A stretch of DNA of 64,000 bases from Akkermansiaceae bacterium (GCA_051251915.1 JBPOGF010000004.1:96001-160000); one strand, 5' to 3'. Shown: positions 46,280 to 56,675, counted from the stretch's first letter. The notes: a model not told the origin generated them from the sequence alone. Numbers and translations: made by a program.

Positions 46280-47854
46280 TTAGTTATCGTCGTCCGCGCT
46301 GAGCCAGTCCTTGTTGTTTATTTTTCGGCGTTCTTTGCGGTGTTGCATTTGGCGGAGTTGTTTTGGGGTGAGGGGTTTTTCGTAGGTTTCTGGTCTGCCG
46401 CTCATGATGCTGGCGAGTGGGGTGATTTCTGCGATGATGTTGGCTAGTTTGTATTGTTTGATTTGTTCTCTTACGGTGGCTGCGGGTTTGTAGCCGATGG
46501 GGGTTTCTGTGACATCGGGACGGCCTTGATACCAGCGGACTTGGATTCCTTGGGTGCCGTTTTCGATGTCTTGTTGTAGGAGTTTTTTGTCGAATCCTGT
46601 TTTTTTGGATTTGGTGTAGCGGCGGAGCATGGCTCGGCGGGACATGTTTCTGCCGGCTCCGTGGGGTGAGAAGCTGAGGTGGTTGGTGTTGTTGGAGCCT
46701 AGTGTGAGGAGGATGGGTTCTGCCATGTTGAGTGGGATGAGGCCGAGTAGTGGGTGTCCGGATTCATTTAGCCATGCGGGTGTGGCGCCTTTGCCGTGGA
46801 GGTAAGTTTTCGTGTTGGGTTTTTGCCAGACGAAGTTGTGTTCATTTCCTATCTGGGCGATGGGTTGTGAGTTGATGGCTTGGATGAATTTTTGGTGGAT
46901 GGTTTGGTGGTTGGCTTTGGTCCAGCGGCTGATGTATTGGAGGGCGTTCCAGTAGTGTTGTCCTTCTTTGGTGTCCATGCTTAGCCAGGCGGCTTCGTCT
47001 GGGATGTCTGTGGCATGGGTTCGGGTGTATTTGATGGCGGCGTCTAGTCCGCGGGTGTAGAGGGTGGCGCCGATGCTGCGTGAGCCGTGGTGGGTGACGA
47101 TGACGTTCCAGTGATCTCTTTGTTGGAGTTGGGTAGCTAGTTCTGTGTGGTTGTTTTCTTGGAGTGTGGTGATGAGTTTTGGGGTGATGGAGATTTCTCC
47201 GAGGTAGGCGAAGTGGTTTCCGTCGCCTTGGTCTGCGATGTGGCTTTGTGCTTTTGGTTGGAGGCCTTTGAGGAAGGGGTTGGTCCAGACTTGTTCGTTG
47301 AGGACGGGGTGGTGGATTTGGTCTTTTTTGTCTCTACCTCCTGGGCCGAAGCGGGTGTGCTGCATGAGGGTGTCTACTTGCTCGTCTGCTGGGATGTCGG
47401 TGTGGTAGAAGGTGGCTAGGAGTGAGCAGCAGATGTCTGCGCTGTGGGCGGCGGGGATGATGGCATTTTCTACTGCGATGGCTCCGCCGACTGGCATGGA
47501 TGCTGGTGCATTGCCGGCGGGGCAGGCGTCTGGCATGAGGGTGCCGGAGCTGACTACGGGACAGCGTAGTAGCTCGGTGATTTGTTTTGTGGCAAGGGTT
47601 AGGTTTTTGATGGCCTCTTTGCTGTCAGCTTCTATGGCTAGGCTGAGTGGGGCGGGGTGCTCCCTCATGGTGAGGGAGGCGTGGGAGTTGGGGAAATCTC
47701 GTTTGAGAGATTTTATTAGGTATTTTTGTGTGGTGACGCCTTTGTCTGTAATGAGGTGTTTGGCGTGTTGTAGGATTTCATCGAGTGCTGGGGTGTCTGC
47801 CCAGCCTAGGTTGATGAGGAATTGTCTTGTTACTGAGTGTTCTGTAATTTTCAA
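46280..47854 (-). CDS. rtcB: RtcB family RNA ligase
   Basis: MPDACP, PVGG, SADICC, GDGNHF, HHGSR, EHNFVW, HGKGATPA, PHGAGR; TTG start. Confidence 0.9.
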   Translation of the reverse strand: MKITEHSVTRQFLINLGWADTPALDEILQHAKHLITDKGVTTQKYLIKSLKRDFPNSHASLTMREHPAPLSLAIEADSKEAIKNLTLATKQITELLRCPVVSSGTLMPDACPAGNAPASMPVGGAIAVENAIIPAAHSADICCSLLATFYHTDIPADEQVDTLMQHTRFGPGGRDKKDQIHHPVLNEQVWTNPFLKGLQPKAQSHIADQGDGNHFAYLGEISITPKLITTLQENNHTELATQLQQRDHWNVIVTHHGSRSIGATLYTRGLDAAIKYTRTHATDIPDEAAWLSMDTKEGQHYWNALQYISRWTKANHQTIHQKFIQAINSQPIAQIGNEHNFVWQKPNTKTYLHGKGATPAWLNESGHPLLGLIPLNMAEPILLTLGSNNTNHLSFSPHGAGRNMSRRAMLRRYTKSKKTGFDKKLLQQDIENGTQGIQVRWYQGRPDVTETPIGYKPAATVREQIKQYKLANIIAEITPLASIMSGRPETYEKPLTPKQLRQMQHRKERRKINNKDWLSADDDN

Positions 47855-47909
47855 AATAGAATATGATGTTGTTTAAATCTGGATATTTTTAGGCATAAAG
47901 AGCCTGAGA

Positions 47910-48020
47910 TTCAGCCATCAAGTAGATGAGAAACTGTTAGCAAGGTAACGAGTTGTGTTGATCGACAAGGATCAGAGAACTATGAGTTCACAAAAACTTA
48001 CCTCTAACAGCTAGGCTGAA
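47910..48020 (-). ncRNA. Candidate structured RNA / leader upstream of rtcB
   Basis: Nested helices: TTCAGCC/GGCTGAA, AGCTGTTAG/CTAACAGTT, AGGTAA/TTACCT, TTGTG/CACAA, plus small hairpins (TGATC/GATCA and others). Confidence 0.55.
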
Positions 48021-48050
48021 AGGTGGGTGTAATAAGTTGATGTTTTGTGA

Positions 48051-48100
48051 AGCGCATGGGAGATGTTTAGCAGAGATTTGATGCGCTGTCAAATATTTGA
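48051..48100 (-). promoter_or_regulatory. Putative rtcB promoter with operator-like palindromes
   Basis: Minus-strand TTGACA at 48092-48087, weak -10; AGCGCAT-N23-ATGCGCT; perfect palindrome TCAAATATTTGA at 48089-48100. Confidence 0.45.
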
Positions 48101-48149
48101 GGAATAAGGAGGGTGGGCTGTTCCAGCTAGGGAGCAACTGTTAAGGCTG

Positions 48150-51100
48150 TTACTTGGTGCCAGTTTTTTCATAGTATGGCTTTCCTTGCTGATAAAGGAG
48201 GAGGCGAGAATTGATTCCTCTCTTATAGGGTGAATCTTCTTGAAGGAGCTTAAGAGCTGAATTTGCGTTCTCAATAGCTGCAGGGTAGTCACCGTTTGCG
48301 GCAAGGGCGATTGCTTTAAGATCAAAGTAGTTAGGATCTTTACCATTGCTCATTGACATGAGTTTGTTAGCTATGCCGAGAGCCATTTTAGGATGTCTTA
48401 CTTGAGGGTCAGGGTGAGTTGCTAACAGCCATGCTAGTTTCCCAGCGGCAACAAATATATCAGGATCCGTGCGAAGTGCATTTTTGTAGCTTTCAACTGC
48501 TTTTACAGGCTCTCCACTATTACGATAGGCATCGGCAAGAGCAAGGTGAGCTTTACCGTTTTTAGGATCTGCTGTCACCTTTGCGAGAAGGCCTTCCACA
48601 GACTGGCCTAGTGCCTTTTCAGCTTTATCCTGCTCTTGTTTCAGAAGGGCTCTGAGGTCAGGAGCTTGGGGAACGAGTGCGACAGATTCTTTAAGATAAG
48701 CCACAGAGTTGTTGAAGTCTTTGCGCTGTGAGGCTATTGTTGAGAGCACTTTTAAAGCCTCGACCATAGGTGCAGTTGGAGGATTAGGATTAGTGCGTTC
48801 TAATGTTAGGTAGCGTTGGTAGTAGCGTTCGACATCGTCGATTTTCTTATGATCGAGGAGTTGTGTAATGTAGGACTTGGGCCCTACGAAAGGACTGGAG
48901 CTTGCCCATAATCCTGAGAAAGGAGTGGCAGCATTTCTTAAGATTTCAGGTTGTGCTCCTAATAGGGCTATATCTGCTAAAATTGTTTCAGAGGAAACTG
49001 TACCTTTATAGATCACAGCTACTCTGCCTTTTTTATCTAACAGAAAGCTGCAAGGGACTGGTATAGGGATCCAGCGATCTAGAAAACTACGTTGAAAAAG
49101 ATCTAAACGTTGGAGAGTGTCCTCATTAGTGCTGTGGGACACGTAGGGAAACTTGATGTTTTTTAGGAACTTCTCGGCGTCAATGCTATCTGGGTCAGTA
49201 ATACTATCTACATTGAGAGCCACTACACTAAGCTCAGCTTTCTGAAATTCAGAAGCGTGACTAGTCCATTCTTTGAGTTCAGCGAGGCAAGGAAGGCATG
49301 TTTTCGACCATAGATTCACTAGAACAGGTCCCTTAAGATCTGAGCCTTCGATAGCTTTCCCATCTTTGGTCTGGAGGAGGGGAAGTAGTTTAGGAGTGAG
49401 GGGGACAATCCGGGCTTGAGCTGATTCATCTGGCAAAACTAGAGTAGGAGCTTGAGTCTCCGCCATCGTAACATGAGGTTTCCATGGCTTGGCTAGTGGT
49501 TCACCTTGATGAATGAGGTAGCGCACACCGCTTTTAAGACCGCTGAATTTTTCTTTCTTTCCAGCAGGCCAATGAACGATCACTTGTGAGATTTCAGCCT
49601 TATTACCAAGGCCAAAGTGAAGCCATGAGCCAGACTGAGTTAGGAAGGAGTCTCCTGCTTTTAGAGAGCGTGTGATTGGTTTATCATTATTTTTAAGCCA
49701 AACTTCACAGCGTGCTCCAATGGCATCAGTATTTGTGTTTTTACCGTTTCCGTGTAAGCGAATGAATAGAGATTCTCCTGCGTTGTTAGAGTCATTTTGG
49801 AGTAGGCGTACACGCGGAGCGGTGCGGGCGGTGACCCAGATATCTAGGTCACCATCAAAATCCCAGTCTTGGGCGATTAATGCACGTCCATCTTCTGCGA
49901 AGTCAAAGCCGGTGACTGCTGAAATATCTACAAAGCGTTCGCCTCCTAAATTAAGGAATGCGGTATGTTTTTCACGACCACTGAATGAGCGATCACTGTT
50001 GAGCAGGCGAGCTAAAGCACCCCAGCGGTGTTTGTATTTATCTACAACGGGCTTACTGAAATCATTAATGGGTGATTGCGACACGACCTGTCGCCAATAG
50101 ACACTTCAGAGATCTCCAGTATCTGGGGTTGTGATAAACCCGTTGGCAGCAAGAATGTCTTCCCAGCCATCATTATTTAAATCTACTAAACGAGATCCCC
50201 AAGCCCAGCGAGCCATCGTAGCTCCGTACTCCATGCTCACATCCTTGAAGCCTCCATCAGGCGTTGAAAGGAAGAGAGAATTTCCACGCGCGAATCTCTG
50301 AAATCCAGTCAATGCATCTCCAGCATTTCCATTTTGGAACTGTTTCTGGAAAGTGATGCGATTACCAGCAGAAGAAAACATATTACTAACGTATAGATCA
50401 GTGTGTCCATCTCGGTTGAGATCTCCCCAGCTCACTGACATTCCTGAAGACATGTCTTCTACATCTAATTCACCAGCAACATCGACAAATTTTCCCAGGT
50501 CATTACGGTAGAGATTATTACGGCCGTAGTCGTTAGCGACGTAGAGATCAGGGTCACCATCTCGGTCGTAGTCTTCCCAAGCCGCGGCAAAGCTAAAGCG
50601 TGTGTTGTTTTGGCCCTCTAGACCACTTTCTTTAGTGACATCACGGAATTCAAAGGAACCTACATTTTTAAGAAGTGTGTTCTTACCTCCATTGTTAGCA
50701 TCATGAAATGGAGTGGGCGCACCTAGGGCTCCACTTTCTTCTAGATCTTCTTGGGTAGGATTGTATCCACATGCAAAGAGGTCTAAGTCTCCATCAAGAT
50801 CATAATCAGCGGCACTGATGGAAAAGGTCTGAGCTAATAGTGGAAACCTAGCTGCTAGCTCAAATTTTGCATTGCCATCATTACGCATCAACAAGAGCTC
50901 AAACTGCAAAGCTACTACTAGGTCACGGTCTCCATCCTGATCGAGGTCTATCGCTAATGCACTAGGTGAGAAATCTAGCCAATCGACACCGCTACCAACT
51001 GAGGCATCATGAAACGTTCCATCAGATTTACGAAGAAACAGTAGGTTAGGTAGTCCCCCTTGTTGACAGAAGTAAAGGTCTTCTAGGTCATCACCATTGA

Positions 51101-51938
51101 GATCAGCAAGGATGAAGCCGACATTAGCCACCACATCTAGCCCTAAATTCTTTGGGATACGTGCTCGCCAATGGTCAGTGGAGTGAAGAAGTTGTTTATC
51201 TAAGCTCACATTCTGGCCTAATGCAGTTCGAGTTTGATCAGAAAAGAGGGCTTTGCCCTCGCCTAAAGGCCGAGTGACGTCTTGGTAGCTGAGTAGCTCT
51301 ATATTAGTTAAAGATGGTTTGCCGTCCTTTAGCAGCCATGTGCACACCCACTCAGCATTTACCTGACGCCGGCCAACGGAGGAAGACTTACCTGCAGCTT
51401 CTACTAAGACATTTGTTAGAGTGGAGCCATCCTGCATCGGCTGGACTTTATAGAGTTTGGTTTTGAGCTTTAGTTTTTCGGCACTATTAAAGGAAGAACG
51501 GAATAGGTGATATGCCTCGGGAAGAGATAGAGAAGCAGGTAAATTTGTAGAACGCTTCCAGCTCCGAACTTTAAATTCATTTTGCTCTATTAGGGTGAGG
51601 TCTTTTTGATTAGGAACAAGAAGTGTGGAAGAAAAAGTGGTGTTGACAAGATTCAAGAAAGCAGAATCATCAGCATGAGGAGATTTCAGGAGATTTCCTA
51701 ATTTGTACAATTGGGCAGAAGCAGCTTCACTAAAGGCTTCTGTGTCCCAGCCATCATCTTGAGGAGCTAATCGATCAAAAACCTCAGCCAAGGGGCCTAC
51801 AAATTCTTTATCACCTAAGCCTGGGGCATCTATGATTTCAGGTTCTTTCGCTAGTTCTTGCTCTGCGGCAGTGGTGTGCTTTGAGGACAGGACTATGGTG
51901 AAAAAGGATAGAGTGAGTGCTAGATTTCTGAAATACAT
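48150..51938 (-). CDS. Predicted selenoprotein (1262 aa, UGA at codon 611): signal peptide, FG-GAP repeats, ASPIC/UnbV, TlpA-like redoxin, TPR
   Basis: ORFs 50106..51938 and 48150..50084 share a frame and are separated by TGA plus 7 sense codons (DTGDL-UGA-SVYWRQV-VSQSP). FG-GAP repeats (DxDxDGDxD) occur on both sides. DAIGAR/WLHFGLG/VHWP (ASPIC-UnbV), WSKTCLPC (CxxC) and TPRs follow. Confidence 0.8.
50076..50097 (-). promoter_or_regulatory. Bacterial SECIS-like hairpin
   Basis: mRNA after UGA: AGUGUCUA-UU(G)GCGACA-GGUCG-UGUCGC-AA. 6-bp stem starts 12 nt after the UGA and the apical loop begins with GG. Confidence 0.72.
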
Positions 51939-52087
51939 GATGAGTTATAATTACAGTGTCACTTTTTAAAAGGCTCATTAAAAATGATAGATTACGATCC
52001 CTGCCAAATTCGAAGAGCTATTTAAATGACCCAGCTAGGATAAACAATATGGAATGATCAATCTATCACAAAATCAAGATTTGGGCT

Positions 52088-52121
52088 AAAAAAAACGACC
52101 TATCATGTGATAGGTCGTTTT
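52088..52121 (-). terminator. Terminator after the PEP-CTERM gene
   Basis: AAAACGACCTATCA / TGATAGGTCGTTTT inverted repeat with T8 on the minus strand. Confidence 0.88.
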
Positions 52122-52148
52122 GAGTAAAAATTACTATGATATAATGGT

Positions 52149-52976
52149 TTATTTGCGGCGTCTAAGAACGATGGCTATACCGCCGAGGCCAAGAAGAAGG
52201 CTAGAGCTAGGCTCTGGAATTGCTCCTAGGCTTGTGCCTAGTAAACCAGCTTGGTAGATTTCGTCCACCTCAGTGGCTGACAGAACTCTATTGTACTGAG
52301 CAACATCATCGATGAGACCATCCCACATGCGGTCTGTAGTAGTATTATCAGGATTATTTCCAATCCAGAATTCGCCGCTGTTTAGGTTTCCATCATCAAC
52401 AATACTAGCACCAGCTGTATTGGTTCCACCCAAAACTCCGTCTACGAACAACTGTGTGTCTCCACCCTCAGTAGTTGTAGCCACAATGTGGTGCCAGCTG
52501 CCATCACGAACATTCGCTCCACTGTCAATATCTCCAGTTCCGCCAGCATAACCAGCATTGTCTGTTCTGTTGTATGCTGACAATCTGTAGTCCGCACCCT
52601 CACCTTTACCAAGGATTCCCTGCCAGCGAGTGCCATTATCATCGAAATTAACCCAAAGAGAGATGGTTAGATTTTCGGCATTGAAGTTGACATCAACACT
52701 TTCGGCAGCAGCGAAACGTCCATCCACTCCAACCGTGCGCTCGAAATCGACTGCGCCACCAAATAGTCCGCCTGCGGCGAGTGAAGCTGCACCGGCGGTA
52801 CCGCCAGCAGTCATGTCATCTTCAATGGTGCTAGCGCCTTCAGCGTAGTCACTTGCTGAGTCTTCGCCGTTGCCGTCGAATGACCAATAGTTAACTAGTC
52901 CTGTATGAATGGACGCCGCGTTTGCGCCAAACGAGGCTGCACACAGAAGTGTGGTTGTTATTATGGTTTTTTTCAT
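52149..52976 (-). CDS. LamG-like jellyroll protein with PEP-CTERM sorting signal
   Basis: Signal peptide, GLVNYWSFD, WHHIVAT, GLIDDVAQYNRVLS, IPEPSSSLLLGLGGIAIVLRRRK. Confidence 0.93.
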   Translation of the reverse strand: MKKTIITTTLLCAASFGANAASIHTGLVNYWSFDGNGEDSASDYAEGASTIEDDMTAGGTAGAASLAAGGLFGGAVDFERTVGVDGRFAAAESVDVNFNAENLTISLWVNFDDNGTRWQGILGKGEGADYRLSAYNRTDNAGYAGGTGDIDSGANVRDGSWHHIVATTTEGGDTQLFVDGVLGGTNTAGASIVDDGNLNSGEFWIGNNPDNTTTDRMWDGLIDDVAQYNRVLSATEVDEIYQAGLLGTSLGAIPEPSSSLLLGLGGIAIVLRRRK

Positions 52977-53557
52977 ATGTTTGTATTGTTTATATTTTTG
53001 TGTGTTTGTATATTTGACTCAAGAATAATTGGTGACTCAACTGGTTGAGAAAGCGTATGTTTTGAGTGATAATTAGAATAATCTAATAGCAAAATGATGT
53101 CACGATGAAAATTTGAAGTCGTTAGTGTATTTGTAATACAAGTGGTTGTATGGATCGTAATTAAGAAGGAATGTTGCCTATAGTAGTATTCAATTGTCGC
53201 AAAATGAATGGATTATTGTCGTTATTAATTATTGAGGTTGCGTTAATTATTTAACCAAAATATTGTATTAGTGAATAATATACGCAGTAGTCGGGCATAT
53301 TTGCTGTGATTATTGTGATACTTCGTGTTCGAGAATGAAGTATGCGAAGAAGGGTTGGTATTTTTTTTGCGCTTATCGTCCTTCCATTTGATGGATTGTT
53401 GGAAATAGAGGTCTGTGCAGTAGTCGGTGGTTTTTACTCATTTGCCGTTGTGTCAAGGTGCTGGGTTTAGGTTTTTGATGCCCTCGGGGGTGTCAGTCTG
53501 AATGGCGAGGCTGAGTGGAGCTGGATAATGGTTGTGCTGATGGATCTAAAGGCTGGC

Positions 53558-53585
53558 TTGACCGGCTGGGGTAATTGTTCATAAT
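53558..53585 (+). promoter_or_regulatory. Putative sigma70 promoter of the sulfatase gene
   Basis: TTGACC-N16-CATAAT just upstream of the start. Confidence 0.45.
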
Positions 53586-53597
53586 GGTGTGACTCTT

Positions 53598-56500
53598 ATG
53601 ACTCTGAAAAAACTTTATTTATCCCTGCTTATGGGGGTGTTCTCCCTGACTACTTGTGTTGCTTTCTCTGCGGAGAAGCCGAATGTGATTATGATTTATT
53701 ATGATGATATGGGGTATAGTGATATGGGGGCGAATGATACTGGTCAGCCGTCACTGACTCCGAATTTGGATATTCTGGCTGCGGAGTCTCTGCGTTTTAC
53801 GGCTGGGCATTCTTCTGATGGAGTTTGTACGCCTTCGCGCTATTCTTTGCTGACGGGGCGTTATAGTTGGCGGACTTCGCGCAAGACAGGTGTGACTGGT
53901 GGGTATAGTGAGCCTTTGATGCAGGCGGACCGGTTTACTTTTGCGGAGATGTTTAGGACGTTGGGCTATAAGACTGCGATGGTGGGGAAGTGGCATGTGG
54001 GGATGCAGTTCTATAGTCCTGCGGGGCTTCCTGTGGATTTAGCTAATGATACAAATGTCTTAGATGCGGATGATACGACTACGACTGGTGATAAAATTGA
54101 TTTTTCTAAGAAGTTAACTGACACGCCAGCTGAGCGTGGATTTGATTATTTCTTTGGGACATCGGCGTCTTTAGATATGCCTCCTTATGCGTGGATAGAG
54201 AATGATACTGTGTTGTATCAGGGTGGTGTTGTGAGTAACGGGGCTGTGGATTTTAGTTTGGCGACACCTGCGACGAATAGTGATTTACTAGAGGGGGTTA
54301 TTTCGGGTGTTCGGAATGGGGTGTATGATCCTACGTTTGTGATCTCGGATTATCTTCAGGTGCAGGCGGCTAAGGTGGCAGAGATACTTGAGGATAGAGC
54401 AAGTGATGGGGAGCCTTTTTTCATCTATATCCCGATGCCGGCGCCACATACTCCGTGGGCTGTGCAGGCTGCGTTTGATAATAGTGCGAGTTATGCTTAT
54501 GGGAAATATGTGGCGCAGACAGATTTTTATACTGGTGTGATTCTTGATGCCTTGGCTGATCCGGATGGGAACCCTGCGACGGATGATAGTCTGGCGGGGG
54601 ATACGGTGGTGTTTATTTCGAGTGATAATGGACCTGAGAAGAGTGCGCACACGTCGTCTATTGCTGCGGGGAGAGATAGTAATGGGCCGTTTCGTGGGGT
54701 TAAGAGGGATAACTGGGAGGGTGGAACCCGGGTGCCGTTTTTGGTTAGATGGCCGGGGACGGTGGTGCCAGGGACGACTAGTCATGCGTGTTGGCAGGGT
54801 GATTTTTTTGGGACGATGGCGGCTTATTTGGGTTATGATTTTGCAGAGGGTGAGGCTCCTGATGTAGAGAGTTTTCTGCCTGTTTTGTTAGGGAATAGTA
54901 TGCCTGTTGAGCGACGTGCGGGGTTTATTCAGCATTCTCATCTTGGGCAGTTGGCTATTGTTGATGAGGCAGGGGTGTGGAAGTTGATGGATGGAACAGG
55001 TAGTGGTGGATATCCGGACACGTATAATTCTGTGGATGTTCTTGAGTCAGGGGTTGGAGGGACGATTTTTGGTTCGCCAAAGCAGCTTTTTAATTTGCTG
55101 ACTGATCCGGGAGAGACGAACAATCGGCTGGCGAATTCTCCGACTCAAGCGGAGCTGGATAAGGCGGATGAGCTGTATGCGCTGTTGAATGAAATCCGTG
55201 GTGATACTGGCTTCGGGACTGATGGAGATAGCGATGTTCCTCTGCCTGATAATGATCAGGATGGGATGAGTAATTTGTTTGAGAATACTTATGCGGGGTT
55301 GGATCGTGATGATGGATCTGATGTGAATGGGGATTTTGAGCCTGATGGGTTGAGCAATCTGGAGGAGGCGCAAAATGGGTCTAATCCATATGACTCTGAT
55401 TCTGATGATGACCGGCTGGGGGATTATTCTGAGGTGTTTACGTATGGGACGCTTCCTGGGAGTGCTCATTCTGATACGGATTCATTGGAGGATGGTGATG
55501 AGGTGTTGATCTGGGGGACTGATCCGCTGGTTGCTGATACGGATGCTGATGGGGTGGATGATGATGATGAGCTTGCGCTTTTTGCGAATCCGAATAATGC
55601 GAATTCGACTCCGGTGATCAATCCGGTGACTGAGGTTGCATTGGATCCATCTCCTAGTCAGTTGGCGGGGGTGAATGGGACTGTGACGGATCCTGCGGTA
55701 GAGGGTGGTGTGTCTAGTGGCTGGACTAATGCAGGGAATTTATTTGTGCGCTCAAGAACAGCTGGTGGAAACGAGCAGGAGTTGAGAACGCATTTGTTTT
55801 TGAATTTTGATTTATCGGGAGTTAGTGGTGATCTTGTTAGTGCTCGGCTACGGATTCATCAAAAGGATCGTTTGAATACGGCATTTTCTGCCGATCTGCA
55901 ATTAGCGCGTGTTACTGAAAGCTGGGGGACGACTTCTGGTAGTTACCCGGTCTATAGTGAGACGGGGGTGGCGGATGCGTTTGTGTTTGGTAATAATGGG
56001 GATTTTGGAACTGCGACGAATGCTTCTGGCTTTTATAGTGGGACGCCGGGAGTAGTGGGGACTGATGCGGGCTTTGATGTGACGAGTATCGTTCAGGGGT
56101 GGATGGATGGGACGAATTCTAATTTCGGCTTTCGAGTAGCGGTGGATGATTTGTCTTTTTCTGCTGCGTCGTTTTCTGAGTTAGATGATCCGGCTACGGC
56201 GGGGGTGAATGAGAAGCTACAGTTGATCCTTACTGTTAGAGAGCCTGCGGATTCGCTTGATAGTGATGGTGATGGTTTACTGGATACTTATGAGGTCGAT
56301 GTTTATGGGGATTTAACGACAGCGGGTGTTGGTGATTTAGATCTGGATGGATCTAGCAACTTTCTGGAGCAAGCTCTGGGTAGTGATCCGGAGGCGGGAG
56401 GATCTGTTCCTGAGTTAAAGGTTGATGAGACGAATGCGGCGGGAGTTACATTTTCTTTCCATCGTTATTTGGAGGCAGGGTTAGGGTATGAGGTGTTGGT

Positions 56501-56675
56501 TTCTGAAGACCTGTTAGTCTGGGAACCTTATACTAAGTTCTATGTTTATGCGGACCCTGCGCCTGTTAGTGATTTAGGAGGTGACTATGAAAAGGTTCTT
56601 CTTGAGCCTCACTCAGTTTTGCCTGAGAAGTTGTTTTATAGAGTGAAAGTGCATCAGCCTGAGCCTCAGCCGTGA
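53598..56675 (+). CDS. Multidomain secreted sulfatase (formylglycine type) with Asp-rich Ca-binding repeats and a DNRLRE/CBM96-like domain
   Basis: KPNV..DDMGY, CTPSRYSLLTGRY, GKWH, SDNG, EGGTRVP; DxDxDG repeats; FLNFDLS..VSARLRI..FDVTSIVQGW. Confidence 0.88.
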   Translation: MTLKKLYLSLLMGVFSLTTCVAFSAEKPNVIMIYYDDMGYSDMGANDTGQPSLTPNLDILAAESLRFTAGHSSDGVCTPSRYSLLTGRYSWRTSRKTGVTGGYSEPLMQADRFTFAEMFRTLGYKTAMVGKWHVGMQFYSPAGLPVDLANDTNVLDADDTTTTGDKIDFSKKLTDTPAERGFDYFFGTSASLDMPPYAWIENDTVLYQGGVVSNGAVDFSLATPATNSDLLEGVISGVRNGVYDPTFVISDYLQVQAAKVAEILEDRASDGEPFFIYIPMPAPHTPWAVQAAFDNSASYAYGKYVAQTDFYTGVILDALADPDGNPATDDSLAGDTVVFISSDNGPEKSAHTSSIAAGRDSNGPFRGVKRDNWEGGTRVPFLVRWPGTVVPGTTSHACWQGDFFGTMAAYLGYDFAEGEAPDVESFLPVLLGNSMPVERRAGFIQHSHLGQLAIVDEAGVWKLMDGTGSGGYPDTYNSVDVLESGVGGTIFGSPKQLFNLLTDPGETNNRLANSPTQAELDKADELYALLNEIRGDTGFGTDGDSDVPLPDNDQDGMSNLFENTYAGLDRDDGSDVNGDFEPDGLSNLEEAQNGSNPYDSDSDDDRLGDYSEVFTYGTLPGSAHSDTDSLEDGDEVLIWGTDPLVADTDADGVDDDDELALFANPNNANSTPVINPVTEVALDPSPSQLAGVNGTVTDPAVEGGVSSGWTNAGNLFVRSRTAGGNEQELRTHLFLNFDLSGVSGDLVSARLRIHQKDRLNTAFSADLQLARVTESWGTTSGSYPVYSETGVADAFVFGNNGDFGTATNASGFYSGTPGVVGTDAGFDVTSIVQGWMDGTNSNFGFRVAVDDLSFSAASFSELDDPATAGVNEKLQLILTVREPADSLDSDGDGLLDTYEVDVYGDLTTAGVGDLDLDGSSNFLEQALGSDPEAGGSVPELKVDETNAAGVTFSFHRYLEAGLGYEVLVSEDLLVWEPYTKFYVYADPAPVSDLGGDYEKVLLEPHSVLPEKLFYRVKVHQPEPQP

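Noticed and set aside
47910..48020. tRNA, tRNA-Sec or classical Y RNA identity for the rtcB-upstream structure
   Set aside because: No recognisable T-loop (GTTCRA), D-loop or CCA end, and no adjacent Ro/Rsr gene; kept only as an unclassified RNA candidate
48150..50084. Independent gene starting at GTG 50084
   Set aside because: Starts in the middle of the repeat domain, has no signal peptide, and the GTG is buried in the SECIS-like stem; better explained as UGA read-through
53284..53427. Direct repeat GCAGTAGTCGG x2 in the divergent intergenic region
   Set aside because: Only 11 nt and two copies; could be chance
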